Positions 37,431 to 47,756 of a stretch of 64,000 nt of DNA are shown here, one piece after another. The stretch is from a virus (taxonomy: Duplodnaviria; Heunggongvirae; Uroviricota; Caudoviricetes). The stretch lies in the IMG/VR virus record IMGVR_UViG_3300017987_000047. The stretch is one strand, 5' to 3'. Under the pieces are notes generated by a model. The model made no database searches. It had not been told where the DNA came from and saw nothing but the letters and a program-made list of their open reading frames with translations. Position 1 is the stretch's first letter. Each line of letters starts with the position of its first letter. The translations under genes and the position numbers were made by a program.

Positions 37431-38062
37431 GACTCTACCCAAAAATAGATGGACCTACTTCTGGTCCTCTTGGAAAGCAGATGATTGCTTTCTATAAATA
37501 CGATGGTTCTAATTTGAGATTTGAGTGGGACAGAAGGAAACGAAAGAAGAAAAAAGAGGGGTGGTGTAAATTCGGAACCCGAACTCAACTTTTTGACGAA
37601 TCCCACCCGGTCTTTGGCGAAGCAATCCCAGTCTTTTTCGAAACTTATGCCGAGGATTTAGAGAAAATCTTCTTAGATAAATATCGGGATATTAAAAAGA
37701 TAACTGCCTTTGCTGAGTTCTTTGGCCCTAATTCTTTCGCCGGTTGGCACGATCCAAAGGATGCTAAAGAATTAATGTTATTTGATATTCATCTCGATAA
37801 AAAAGGTTTTCTTCCTCCTGGGGAATTTGTGAAAAATTTCGGGCACTTGAAATCCGCACAAATTGTTTATTCTGGAAATCTAAATAAAGAGTTTATCCAG
37901 AGTGTTAGAGATAATAAATTCAATCTTTTTGAAGGGGTTGTATGTAAAGGGGGAAACCGCCCGGCACAAATCTGGCGGTGTAAAATTAAAACGAGTGAGT
38001 ACTTAAAAACTCTGAAGGAACGTTTCTCAAAGGATTGGGAAAAACATTGGGATAACGCTTAA
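37427..38062 (+). CDS. RNA ligase-like nucleotidyltransferase
   Basis: KYDGSN motif I; EFFG; LFDI; EGVVCK; KIK. Confidence 0.8.
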   Translation: MRLYPKIDGPTSGPLGKQMIAFYKYDGSNLRFEWDRRKRKKKKEGWCKFGTRTQLFDESHPVFGEAIPVFFETYAEDLEKIFLDKYRDIKKITAFAEFFGPNSFAGWHDPKDAKELMLFDIHLDKKGFLPPGEFVKNFGHLKSAQIVYSGNLNKEFIQSVRDNKFNLFEGVVCKGGNRPAQIWRCKIKTSEYLKTLKERFSKDWEKHWDNA

Positions 38063-38072
38063 AATTAAAAGT

Positions 38073-38105
38073 CTAACGAAGTTCAAAAAGATTTCGCTAT
38101 ATTTT
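38073..38105 (+). promoter_or_regulatory. CG-N21-TATTTT promoter
   Basis: Recurrent motif. Confidence 0.55.
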
Positions 38106-38174
38106 TATTAGCGAATAAAATAGGAGTGCCCAATATCTTTGGGCTTTGTAGTCACGCAACCAGAGGAGCAGAGA

Positions 38175-39380
38175 ATGTTCAACTCATTCGACAGAGCGGT
38201 TAACGGGCTGATTTGCCAGGAGCCTTTTTATGGGCACCTAATCGCTCAGATGAATAAGATTTGCACAGAGAAGATTCCTACGATGGGGGTTGGCCTGCGT
38301 GGATCGAAAATCGAGTTGTTTTGGAATCCTAAGTTTTTTGGAACGATGAAAAAGTTCGACCATAAGCTAGCGATTCTCAAGCACGAGATCCTGCATATTA
38401 TCCTGCAGCATATCACACGCGGCGTCTCAATGCGGGATAAGCAGCGAGCAAACATCGCTATGGATCTGGTCGTCAACCAAATTATAGGGGAAGATCAGCT
38501 TCCGAAGGACGAAGGGCATAAGGGAACTTATATCCGGGAGTTCCAAGGAAAGTATGGGGCAGAGAATTTCCCAACAAACGAAACGGTTGACTTCTACTAT
38601 AAGAAGTTGAAGGATGTCTCCAACGAGGACTTGGGAATGGCACCCGAGCACCATTGGGTTATTGTCGGGGATGGCGAGGGGGATAGCGAAGGCGAGGGGA
38701 TGAAGATGAAGGTCATTTCAGACCAAAATCTCTCCGACGCACAAAAGACCATGCTGGAGGCTCAAGCAAAAGAAATGGTCGAACGCGCAAAATCCCAAGC
38801 GAGCGATTCCTGGGGTAACCTGCCAGGGAATCTCAAGTCGTTGCTGGATGATCTACTCTCAAAGCAAAAGCCGCAATTGCCGTGGAAGGTTATCCTTAAG
38901 CGGTTTGTTGCAAAGGCAAATAAGTCCTGCACAACTTTCACGATGAAACGTTTCTCCCGGCGTTTCGGTGTGCGGCCTGGCCTGAAAAAGCAGCAGAAAT
39001 TGCATCTCCTACTGGCGGTGGATACCTCGGGGTCAGTCGCGGATGATCAATACGTTGCATTCTTTGGGGAGATTAACGGGATGCATCGGGCTGGGTGCGA
39101 TGTTACAGTGGCAGAGTGTGACCACGGCATCCAAGCGGTTTACCCCTATAAGCCCAAGATGAAGCTTGAGCGGTCGGGGTATGGGGGCACTTCGTTTGAC
39201 CCGGTATTCTCTTGGGTCAACGAGGAGAGAATGGCCCGTAAGATTGATGCTATTCTCTATCTCACGGATGGCTACGCTTGCGAACCGACAATCAAGGTTA
39301 AGGTCCCGGTACTGTTTGTCTTGACAACCGATGGCGCAAAGGTACCAGGGTTTAAGAACCTCGTCCTGCCGAACGTTTAG
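38175..39380 (+). CDS. DUF2201-type metallopeptidase/vWA protein
   Basis: HEILH; DTSGS MIDAS; GGTSF; YLTDG. Confidence 0.88.
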   Translation: MFNSFDRAVNGLICQEPFYGHLIAQMNKICTEKIPTMGVGLRGSKIELFWNPKFFGTMKKFDHKLAILKHEILHIILQHITRGVSMRDKQRANIAMDLVVNQIIGEDQLPKDEGHKGTYIREFQGKYGAENFPTNETVDFYYKKLKDVSNEDLGMAPEHHWVIVGDGEGDSEGEGMKMKVISDQNLSDAQKTMLEAQAKEMVERAKSQASDSWGNLPGNLKSLLDDLLSKQKPQLPWKVILKRFVAKANKSCTTFTMKRFSRRFGVRPGLKKQQKLHLLLAVDTSGSVADDQYVAFFGEINGMHRAGCDVTVAECDHGIQAVYPYKPKMKLERSGYGGTSFDPVFSWVNEERMARKIDAILYLTDGYACEPTIKVKVPVLFVLTTDGAKVPGFKNLVLPNV

Positions 39381-39436
39381 GCAACCCATTATATAATATA
39401 AGGTATAGGCTCAAGCGCACTTTTAGGAGATCCTCC

Positions 39437-41743
39437 GTGAGACTTAAAAAAGAAGACAGGACATTTGTAAGCTCCGAGCCAAAAAAGAAGCAACGATTCC
39501 GGATTGGGGACGAGAGTGTTATCCTTAGGATTATCCGAGGAAAATTGTACTCGGACCCAATCCGGATCATCGTGCAAGAGTATGCATCTAATGCGAGAGA
39601 CGCACACCGGGAAGTTGGCAAAGCAGATGTCCCAATTGAAATCAAGCTTCCTAACAGGATGGAGTCAACCTTAGAGATTAGGGATTGGGGGCCGGGGATC
39701 TCTCCAGAAAGGATGGATGAGATCTTTACCCAATATGGAAAAAGCACAAAACGGGATTCCGACGAACAAACTGGGGGCTTTGGAATTGGCGCAAAATGTG
39801 CTTGGGCCTACACTGACCAATTTTCAATCACAACTACCGTCGACGGCGTCAAATACTTTTATATTGCAACCCTCGACGAACAGAGTGACGGAGCACTATT
39901 ACTCCAACATCAGGCAGAAACTGACGAACCAAACGGGACATCCATCTTAGTCCCGGTTAAGCATATGGATTTTAGAGAGTTTGAGAAAAATGCTTTTTGG
40001 GTAACTCAATATTGGGACCCAAGGCCTACAATCAAAAATTCGCAATCTTATTCTTACAACGAACCTGAAAAATCTGAAATCTTATTAGAGCATGAGCACT
40101 TCACATTATTTAATACCCGGAACTATTACGGCGGTGGAGATCAGTATGCAATCCTGGATGGTATCCCATATAAGCTAACCCAAAACTCAATTGCTGACCT
40201 AACACAAGAACAGAAACAATGTTTTAATTATCGGTTTAACTTAAAATTTAGTATTAATGATGTTACTGTTTCTGCCAATAGGGAAGCATTGTTTTATGAC
40301 GCACACACACAAAAAACAATTCGGGATGCCTTAGACTTTATTCTACAAAAAATTAAGGAACAGGCGGAAGAGATTTTATCGAATGCAAAATCTTATTGGG
40401 AAGCTTTAGAAATCTTTGCATACCTCAAGAATTCCTTTATCTATCAATATACCTTACCTAAGGCGGATTGGCGTGGTGTAAAAATAGAAGACTTTAATAT
40501 TTCTATACCGTATTCCTCGGAATGGAAAACTATAGTACACGCCACTAACTATAGGGAGTGGGAATCCGAACTAGATGGAGGAGGTAAAGAAAAATTTGAG
40601 AAGTTGAAGTTGACGGAAGTCTCTCATGGAATTACGCCGAATCGGTATTCTTCCTTACCTATAACTGCCTCAACGCTTTTTGTTTTGAACGATACTGGGA
40701 AAGAAAAACCCTGTAGAAGAAGGTTGCGAACGCTTCTTCATGAACATAAAAAGGATGACATTTTCCCAGATATCTATATTTTTACGTTTTATAAAGCTAA
40801 GCCAGGCCAAAAGGATAAGAAAAGGTGGCAGGAGGTTGAGTTTGAGTTGGGGGAAACGAAGGAAACAAAAAAATGGAAGAAAAACGTTAACTTTTCTCTC
40901 CTGAACGCAACTAAACTAAGTACGGTCGCCCCAACAAATATAAGAAGAAAATCCGGAAAATCGGGAACTAATAAATCTACTGTCGAAGCATTTTCAGTAT
41001 CAAAAATACATAGGATTAACTCAAATACTGTAGACAGATCGCCGGTTAAAGTTAATTTGAAAGAGGTGACGGGGTATTATATCCTTTACCAGGAGAAGAC
41101 TTTCTTATTGGGAACGGGAATAGACGACTCCTACAAATATGGAGCGGCAAGATCGCTCAAGGCACATTTAGACTTTATGGAGATTGATTGGACAAAAACA
41201 GGAATTTACGTTTTTCCAATTAGGTCCAAAAAGAGAGCGGTAGAATCAAAATTAAAGTCCCTTGACCTTGCCGTAAGAAGAAAGATTAAAACTTTTGATA
41301 TGACGGAGATCGCAAAATTCCAGCAGATCTCCAAGGGAAAGATAGAGTCGCATGATTTCCCAAACTGCCTTAGGACTCTTTCCCCAAGATTTGAGGAGAT
41401 AGAGGATAAAGAAAGTTCAATTTTTAAGGCTTTAAAAAGTTATAGAACGGTGCTAGCCGGAGAACGAAGGGAAGAGCCGCAAGGGTATAGTTTATATAAG
41501 CTGAGGTCTTCAGCTTTCCCAAAGTTGCCTGATCTTAAGAAGGATGATGTGGACGAAATCACAGAGGTTAGGGCTCTGATAAGGTCTTTCACCCACACTT
41601 TTCCTTTACTCTATTCTCGCTATGATTCTTATGAATCCCGTAGCACTGCTTTTGTAAGCGATGCTATCCTTTATATCAATTTGAAAAACAAACTTTTAAG
41701 AGAAGAGGAGGAAAGAAAGAAAAAGGCCGGGGGTAACGATTAA
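39437..41743 (+). CDS. rIIA: rIIA-like protein (N-terminal GHKL ATPase)
   Basis: LYSDPI...EYASNARDAH, DWGPGI, STKR, GGFGIGAK; adjacent to rIIB. Confidence 0.85.
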   Translation: MRLKKEDRTFVSSEPKKKQRFRIGDESVILRIIRGKLYSDPIRIIVQEYASNARDAHREVGKADVPIEIKLPNRMESTLEIRDWGPGISPERMDEIFTQYGKSTKRDSDEQTGGFGIGAKCAWAYTDQFSITTTVDGVKYFYIATLDEQSDGALLLQHQAETDEPNGTSILVPVKHMDFREFEKNAFWVTQYWDPRPTIKNSQSYSYNEPEKSEILLEHEHFTLFNTRNYYGGGDQYAILDGIPYKLTQNSIADLTQEQKQCFNYRFNLKFSINDVTVSANREALFYDAHTQKTIRDALDFILQKIKEQAEEILSNAKSYWEALEIFAYLKNSFIYQYTLPKADWRGVKIEDFNISIPYSSEWKTIVHATNYREWESELDGGGKEKFEKLKLTEVSHGITPNRYSSLPITASTLFVLNDTGKEKPCRRRLRTLLHEHKKDDIFPDIYIFTFYKAKPGQKDKKRWQEVEFELGETKETKKWKKNVNFSLLNATKLSTVAPTNIRRKSGKSGTNKSTVEAFSVSKIHRINSNTVDRSPVKVNLKEVTGYYILYQEKTFLLGTGIDDSYKYGAARSLKAHLDFMEIDWTKTGIYVFPIRSKKRAVESKLKSLDLAVRRKIKTFDMTEIAKFQQISKGKIESHDFPNCLRTLSPRFEEIEDKESSIFKALKSYRTVLAGERREEPQGYSLYKLRSSAFPKLPDLKKDDVDEITEVRALIRSFTHTFPLLYSRYDSYESRSTAFVSDAILYINLKNKLLREEEERKKKAGGND

Positions 41744-41776
41744 GCGTTTTATTTCTTTGTTACGAGGAGACGAAAA

Positions 41777-42757
41777 ATGTCCGAGTCCATTCCTTACACT
41801 ATGACATCCGATAGCTTGTCTGCCTTTGTTAACAACAAGCAAGTTGTTATCCGAAAAGGGGACGATCATTTCGATCTAATCGTGGAAGCGATCAAACAGG
41901 AAAATTGGGCCGAAGTTGCTAAGCTGGTAGATAAAGCTGAAGCAATTGCGAAGTACGGTGGCGATAGCTTTGAGGTCAAGGATGGTGTAATTAAAATTGA
42001 CGGGGAGGAGATCCCCCCAGTTCTAACAACACGTATCCTTGAGTTTATGAAAGATAAGATCGACGCAAACCGTCTGATTCTTTTCTGGCGCAGCCTCAAG
42101 AAGAACCCTAATCACGAAGCGGTAAAGGACCTTTACGCTTTTCTTGAGAAGAATGGCCATCCCATCACGGAAGACGGGTGTTTCATTGCGTACAAGCGAG
42201 TTCAGGAGGACTTCACTTCGGTACATGATAGAAAAACAATGAATGCCGTTGGGACAGAGGTCACAATGCCGCGTGAGGAGTGCGACTCCAACCGGGACAA
42301 AACTTGCTCTACCGGTTTACACGTGGCAAACTTCAATTACGCAAAGTCTTTCTATGCGGGAGGGAGACTTCTAAATGTTAAGGTCAACCCTGAAGATGTC
42401 GTAGCAATCCCCGTTGATTACGACCAAGAAAAGATGCGGGTATGCAAATACTTTATCGTGTCTGAAACTGAAGAGGAGTACCGGAAACCTTACGTAGATA
42501 CTTCGGACATCACTCAGAACGATGATGACTACGATGATGACTACGATGATGACTACGATGATGATGACTATGATGATGATTACGACAACGATGCAGCCGA
42601 GGAAGAAGAAGGCGCCGACGCGGAAGAAGAACTCTCTTCAGGAGAGATCCAAGAAGCCTTAGATCGTAACGAAGGCGCAGTTCAGCAAACGGCGGAGGAG
42701 CTTGGAATCCATCGCTCAACCCTATATCGGCTTCGGAAGAAGCACGGCTTACTCTAA
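41777..42757 (+). CDS. rIIB: rIIB-like protein with acidic linker and Fis-type HTH
   Basis: PITEDGCFIAYK, CSTGLHV, VNPEDVVAIP.DY..KMRVCKY; LGIHRSTLYR. Confidence 0.88.
   Translation: MSESIPYTMTSDSLSAFVNNKQVVIRKGDDHFDLIVEAIKQENWAEVAKLVDKAEAIAKYGGDSFEVKDGVIKIDGEEIPPVLTTRILEFMKDKIDANRLILFWRSLKKNPNHEAVKDLYAFLEKNGHPITEDGCFIAYKRVQEDFTSVHDRKTMNAVGTEVTMPREECDSNRDKTCSTGLHVANFNYAKSFYAGGRLLNVKVNPEDVVAIPVDYDQEKMRVCKYFIVSETEEEYRKPYVDTSDITQNDDDYDDDYDDDYDDDDYDDDYDNDAAEEEEGADAEEELSSGEIQEALDRNEGAVQQTAEELGIHRSTLYRLRKKHGLL
42521..42585 (+). repeat. Coding repeat (GATGATGACTAC)n encoding DDDY
   Basis: Three perfect 12-mers plus degenerate copies. Confidence 0.9.
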
Positions 42758-42780
42758 GATTCCCTAGCGTTTGAGTAGTT

Positions 42781-42820
42781 CTGGGGGGAGGATTTTTTTC
42801 CTCCCCCCAGTCTGCTTTTT
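42781..42820 (+). terminator. Intrinsic terminator
   Basis: CTGGGGGGAGGA/TCCTCCCCCCAG stem; T-run. Confidence 0.8.
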
Positions 42821-42842
42821 TGAATTCTTTTCGGAGAAAACA

Positions 42843-43022
42843 ATGCCTCAAATCGTTATTAGGACCGATAGCGGCAGAGTTTTGGGGGAGTTTGTCCAAT
42901 GTAAGGACAATGGAAAACAATTCTTTATTGTTACCTATAAAACCGACAAGAATAAGTATGGGAAAATCCAAGTCGAGAAAGTTACTTTTATCCGAGCAGA
43001 GAATAAAACATATGAAGCTTAG
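42843..43022 (+). CDS. Small hypothetical protein
   Basis: GGAG RBS. Confidence 0.55.
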   Translation: MPQIVIRTDSGRVLGEFVQCKDNGKQFFIVTYKTDKNKYGKIQVEKVTFIRAENKTYEA

Positions 43023-43947
43023 CAAACAACAAAGATTCATCAACCAGGTTCTTGGGGATTGCGGCGCGCTCGTAAATAATTTAGTGGTAAGTTGCTTTGA
43101 AGATGAATTCGAAGATATTGAAAAATTAGATGAATTTATCTTCTCCTTAGAAGATTCGTATCTCCAAAAACATCGGTTTGGGCGATTTAATGATAACGTT
43201 ACCCGAATAGCGGCTTACCTCCTAAAGGGATCTAAAGAAATCTTATCCGACACCCAAGCGCGGCGGCTAGTCCTTTTATTTCGGAATAACCTAGATTCGA
43301 CCTTGGTCATTCCTGCTGTGTTAGGGTATTATGATGGAAAAATTCCGGATGACCCATTCTTTAATTTTCTAATTCCTTGTTTACAAACCTTGCGAGATGG
43401 CGACTTAAAAATCGAATTATCTTCTGCACAAGGAAAAGAATTAGCGCGGCAACTCCACAGATTTGAAAGTTACGAGGCACTCCAAAATATTTCTTTTATG
43501 GATGCTTCCGTAGCTAGGCGTTTCTTAGATACGGTTTTAGAGAAAAAACTACCTTCCCCTGCTTACTTTAGGATTGTTTCAAATTGGGATATCCCAATAC
43601 CACACTCTTGGTTCCTAAGGCTAATTGAGCTTTACCCAGAATCCTACCAATGGGTAGAGACGAAAAGATCTTCTTTGCTTCGGGATATGAATTTACGGGA
43701 TTCCTTACTTATTAAGTATATCGGAAACCTAGTTTCTACCCCCGCCCTTGATAAGTGGGTTAAGAATCTTTCAAATCCTAAGTTAATGAAAATTTACCTC
43801 ACACACAAAAATAGTAAGTTACGTAGGTACGCTAAGAAATACCTAGAGAAACAGAAGAAAGCAGAGACAGACGGAACTGATAGAATAATTGATTTCATTA
43901 AATCAAACTCTTCCTTAACTTGGTTATCATTATTGGATTGGGAGTAA
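43012..43947 (+). CDS. Hypothetical helical protein with C-proximal tag
   Basis: IYLTHKNSKLRRYAKK. Confidence 0.7.
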   Translation: MKLSKQQRFINQVLGDCGALVNNLVVSCFEDEFEDIEKLDEFIFSLEDSYLQKHRFGRFNDNVTRIAAYLLKGSKEILSDTQARRLVLLFRNNLDSTLVIPAVLGYYDGKIPDDPFFNFLIPCLQTLRDGDLKIELSSAQGKELARQLHRFESYEALQNISFMDASVARRFLDTVLEKKLPSPAYFRIVSNWDIPIPHSWFLRLIELYPESYQWVETKRSSLLRDMNLRDSLLIKYIGNLVSTPALDKWVKNLSNPKLMKIYLTHKNSKLRRYAKKYLEKQKKAETDGTDRIIDFIKSNSSLTWLSLLDWE

Positions 43948-43952
43948 GATTC

Positions 43953-44180
43953 ATGCCTAGTTTAATTCCTCACTGGAGACCAGTTGAAGAAAAAGATAAA
44001 AAGGCTACAGGGTACCTGCTAGGGACAGATGGCAAAATTGTCGCCGCTGTTCGGTTTTTCATGGGGGGCTGGCATTATGATGATTACGAGGACGATGGGG
44101 GTTGGGCAGGAATAAACATTACGCATGTCCTTGACCCCGCGCTGCTTCTTAACCTACCTAAGGTAAGGCCCCTAAAGTGA
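43953..44180 (+). CDS. Hypothetical protein
   Basis: GGAG RBS. Confidence 0.55.
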   Translation: MPSLIPHWRPVEEKDKKATGYLLGTDGKIVAAVRFFMGGWHYDDYEDDGGWAGINITHVLDPALLLNLPKVRPLK

Positions 44181-44190
44181 AAAATAAAAC

Positions 44191-44222
44191 TCTCGTTTAA
44201 CTTTAAGTATTCGTTATATATT
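44191..44222 (+). promoter_or_regulatory. CG-N21-TATATT promoter
   Basis: Recurrent motif. Confidence 0.6.
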
Positions 44223-44258
44223 TAATAGAGGCCAAAAGGGAAAACGGGAGAAACAAAG

Positions 44259-45158
44259 ATGGCATTTGAACCAACGTATAGCTCTCCAATCTTTACCTTA
44301 AAAGAGCTCCCCCAACGTAAAACTGCTCTAGAAGTAGATTCCGTTGCCCTGGGGAAGACGCTTTTTTCGTTTGAATGCCCTTTATACGTTCTACGGCGCG
44401 AATGTGCATATATTTTTGGTGGCTTCATTCGGGACGCCTACCACCATGACTCCTTTGATGATCTTGACCTCTCGGTCTCTAAGAAACAGCAATTTTTTAG
44501 CCTGATTCGGGAATTAAGGGATGGCTGGGGATGGGAGATCGAGTTTATTAGATCTGCTTCCAACTACTACCGGGCGCATTCTAAATGTCGCCACTGTAGA
44601 CTTGTTAAGGACGATGGAAGGCAAATCGATATCATTATCCGGGGGGACTATGATGAACTTGACCTCTCTTGTAACTCTATTGTTCTAGATACTGCAACCT
44701 TAAAAGCAGGTATTCCAAATCACGATATTACAACGGATTCTTTTAGTTCCATTCTCTCGCCTTGGGGTAATGTAGACGAAATTTCCAATGCTATTTACTC
44801 TGATTTAGCCTCAAAAACTCTTCGGATCCTAAGGCCATTAGATGAAAAACGTCAAGAGAAATATTTCAAACTTGCTCGGCAAAAAGGATGGAGATACCAC
44901 CTAAAATCAATCCAATATCATTTAGAGGGAAATCGTGTAGAATTATACAGGTTTCTCCGAAACTTTACTTCAGCGGAACTCAAGTCGTTTATTTCGCCTC
45001 TCATGCTTCATAGGGATATAATCCTGCAAAATTTCGCGGCTGCGATTCTTAAAAAGGAGAAAAAATTTAATCTCGCTTTGGGTCTTTCGATGATACTCCT
45101 AGACCCAGGAAATAAAAGGCGTATCTTTGCATCCCCAGAATTGGCCTGGAAGGATTAA
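44259..45158 (+). CDS. CCA/poly(A) polymerase head-like nucleotidyltransferase
   Basis: FGGFIRD...DDLDL; IDII; DLSCNS. Confidence 0.7.
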   Translation: MAFEPTYSSPIFTLKELPQRKTALEVDSVALGKTLFSFECPLYVLRRECAYIFGGFIRDAYHHDSFDDLDLSVSKKQQFFSLIRELRDGWGWEIEFIRSASNYYRAHSKCRHCRLVKDDGRQIDIIIRGDYDELDLSCNSIVLDTATLKAGIPNHDITTDSFSSILSPWGNVDEISNAIYSDLASKTLRILRPLDEKRQEKYFKLARQKGWRYHLKSIQYHLEGNRVELYRFLRNFTSAELKSFISPLMLHRDIILQNFAAAILKKEKKFNLALGLSMILLDPGNKRRIFASPELAWKD

Positions 45159-45159
45159 A

Positions 45160-45504
45160 ATGGAAAAGAAATGGGCACTTGTCGTTTATAACGACGACTT
45201 ACACACTTTTGAAGAAGTAATTGATGCTTTTACTTCTGTCTTAGGTATAGAACAAGAAGGAGCAATTGCTTTAGCCTCTATGATCTCTTCCCCAATGGGG
45301 TTCGCTCCTGTTGCCCTCTTTCCTGAGGAAGAAATAGCACAAAAAGTTGCTCAGGAATTAAGGTACGCAACGGCAAAGGGCAATGCTCAGCAGGCTCTTG
45401 CCGGAATCCAGGTTGAAGTAGACGACGAAATTGCTAAAAAAATTGTGGAATCGGAAGATTCCTCCGACGATTCTCAGCCGTTTGATACACCTGACTTTCT
45501 TTAA
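45160..45504 (+). CDS. ClpS-like adaptor protein
   Basis: LVVYNDDLHTFEEVI. Confidence 0.75.
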   Translation: MEKKWALVVYNDDLHTFEEVIDAFTSVLGIEQEGAIALASMISSPMGFAPVALFPEEEIAQKVAQELRYATAKGNAQQALAGIQVEVDDEIAKKIVESEDSSDDSQPFDTPDFL

Positions 45505-45521
45505 CCCCAGGAGAAAAAAGA

Positions 45522-45803
45522 ATGCCGGAAACTACTACTCTTGATGTCCCTATTTCAGCAAACCGTCTTGTCTATATCGCCCGGCTTTGGGACCAAAATC
45601 TTTTTCTCATCTTTGATGGGGAATTATTGCATCTCAAAGAAAAAACTTTCAACTGGAAGACGGGGTCTGAGGTGGAAGCTGTTCCAGGGACCAAAAAGAT
45701 GCCCAACCCCGAAAAAGTAAATGAGTTAACTAAACCCGACATGGAAAGGGTGCAGCACTTGTTAACTCAAATTAACAAAGAATATGAGAACGACAAGCGA
45801 TAA
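45522..45803 (+). CDS. Hypothetical protein
   Basis: AGGAG RBS. Confidence 0.6.
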   Translation: MPETTTLDVPISANRLVYIARLWDQNLFLIFDGELLHLKEKTFNWKTGSEVEAVPGTKKMPNPEKVNELTKPDMERVQHLLTQINKEYENDKR

Positions 45804-45820
45804 AAAACGGAGAAGTTTTA

Positions 45821-46030
45821 ATGTATAAACACATCAATGAGGTCCAACCGGGCGATGTGGTCGTTGATCCTCTGGACGGTGTACCACGCACCGTATGCTG
45901 CTGTGACCTCAAGCAAGACGAGTTCTTTGGCAGAACCCTTTGGGGGGACTGCTACCGTCTCGGGACGGTCCCGGTCGAAGTCGTTACCCCTCCACATATC
46001 CGCCCGTGCTTGCGGGCAGAAAAACCTTAA
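45821..46030 (+). CDS. Hypothetical protein
   Basis: GGAG RBS. Confidence 0.55.
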   Translation: MYKHINEVQPGDVVVDPLDGVPRTVCCCDLKQDEFFGRTLWGDCYRLGTVPVEVVTPPHIRPCLRAEKP

Positions 46031-46053
46031 GCAATTCAAGGAAAATATAATTT

Positions 46054-46086
46054 CTTACGTAGCACAAAGGTAGTTCCCTATATATT
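46054..46086 (+). promoter_or_regulatory. CG-N21-TATATT promoter
   Basis: Recurrent motif. Confidence 0.6.
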
Positions 46087-46166
46087 AATTACCGGGTTTT
46101 TATTACCGGAGTGCAGTTTTGCCCCAAGCGGGCAGTATCCCTCAAAGCCCTGCAAGGAGAAGAGGA

Positions 46167-47360
46167 ATGTCGAAGGTTGAAGCAAGCAAAGTCCAAGCAG
46201 TGGAGTACGGGATTGTCGCTTCTGCTACGCGAGTGAAGCGATTCCTGGACTTGAACATGGAGCTGAATAGTTTGGCTCGCGAGGCTGGAAAACACGGGCG
46301 TGTCCCTTTCATCTGGGGCCCGAAAGGTATCGGAAAGACAGTAACTGTCCGGGACTGGTGTCTCCAGCGTGGGTACGAATGGCGGGAAGTTCCGCTAGCC
46401 CAGTTCGAAGAGATGGGGGATATCAACGGTTTCCCGATCGTCGTCGAGGAAGAGGGCCGGAAAGTCACTCGGACGGCTCCCCCAGACTGGGTGCCCGCAC
46501 AGCCCGCAGAGAAGGGTGGCATTCTTTTCTTCGACGACGCAAACCGGGCAGAGCCCCGAATTCAGCGTGGGTTGATGCAGCTGTACCAAACGTATGGCAT
46601 GGTTTCCTGGAAAATCCCTCCCGGCTGGATGATCGTTTGCACGGGTAACCCGGAAGATGGCGATTACGACGTTAGCGCAATGGATGAGGCGCAGGTCACT
46701 CGTCTAACGCACGTCCGGATGATTCCCAACGTCAAGGCGTGGGCCGAGTGGGCTGAGTGTAACAACGTTCACCCAATCGGGATCAACTACCTCATTCGGC
46801 ATCCCGAGACGCTTGAGACTCCGGGACAGCGCACTTGCCCTCGTACGCTGGTTGAGTTCTTCGATTCGCTTGGCCTGCTAGGGGGCACGACGGAGGCCCT
46901 GAAAGCGAGGCTTGAGGATGTTGAGCTGATGGGCAACGGTTCGCTGGATAGCGAGACGATCACCCAGTTCATCACGTTCCTGAGCTCAGATTCGGACAAG
47001 GTGCTGGAGCCGGAATTTATCCTCAGCAAGCCGAAGGAAACGCTGAAGCACCTCAAGACGCTTTACGGCGCCGGCAAGGATGCGGGTTGCAAATATTATG
47101 ACGTGATGAACGTCATGGCAACTCGCTTAACGAACCACCTCATGAAGGAGGGGGTGTCGAAGGACTTGAAAAAAGACCAGAAGACAGCCTTCCTCTCTTT
47201 CTTGCAGAGTGGGTTGACCCCGAAGGGCCTGCCAAAGGATCACGTATACCTGATTATCAAGACGATCAACGATTCGGGGGATCGGCATCTGATTGATATC
47301 TGGTCCGATAGCGATGAGTTGGTGGAGATGATCTCCGACGGCATCGAAGACGACATCTAA
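46167..47360 (+). CDS. MoxR-like AAA+ ATPase
   Basis: GPKGIGKT; FFDDANRA; TGNP; CPRT. Confidence 0.88.
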   Translation: MSKVEASKVQAVEYGIVASATRVKRFLDLNMELNSLAREAGKHGRVPFIWGPKGIGKTVTVRDWCLQRGYEWREVPLAQFEEMGDINGFPIVVEEEGRKVTRTAPPDWVPAQPAEKGGILFFDDANRAEPRIQRGLMQLYQTYGMVSWKIPPGWMIVCTGNPEDGDYDVSAMDEAQVTRLTHVRMIPNVKAWAEWAECNNVHPIGINYLIRHPETLETPGQRTCPRTLVEFFDSLGLLGGTTEALKARLEDVELMGNGSLDSETITQFITFLSSDSDKVLEPEFILSKPKETLKHLKTLYGAGKDAGCKYYDVMNVMATRLTNHLMKEGVSKDLKKDQKTAFLSFLQSGLTPKGLPKDHVYLIIKTINDSGDRHLIDIWSDSDELVEMISDGIEDDI

Positions 47361-47411
47361 TTTTCGAGTTGGTTTAGTTTACGGGATATCCCAGATTGGA
47401 GACACAGAAAA

Positions 47412-47756
47412 ATGGCAAAACGTTTCTTTCCCCTTTATGGGCACAAGTACATCTACTGGGATGAAAAACTTTCCCTGTGGGATGTGCGGGCGTACGACCC
47501 ACGCTCAAGCAAGACGCACACCGTGGGCCGCTTTGAAACCTATAAGGAAGCAATCGAAGCGCAACGCGAGTTCTATACCAAGGAACTGCACTTCGATCTC
47601 TCCTTCCTCAAGACCCTTATGCGGGACGACGCGCGTAAGACTGGGGTCTCGTTCAACGACCATACGAAGCTCTGGGTTGTCCGCAGCACCGGAAAAAACC
47701 AGAAGTATGTCGGAAGCTCGAAAAAATACCAGGAGGCGGTAAAGCTCCTCGGTTAG
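47412..47756 (+). CDS. AP2-like DNA-binding protein
   Basis: YIYWD...W...VGRFETYKEAIEA; second TGVSF...W unit. Confidence 0.65.
   Translation: MAKRFFPLYGHKYIYWDEKLSLWDVRAYDPRSSKTHTVGRFETYKEAIEAQREFYTKELHFDLSFLKTLMRDDARKTGVSFNDHTKLWVVRSTGKNQKYVGSSKKYQEAVKLLG

Noticed and set aside
33750-42585. CRISPR array from the 21-bp and 12-bp repeats
   Set aside because: In-frame tandem coding repeats without spacers; no cas genes.
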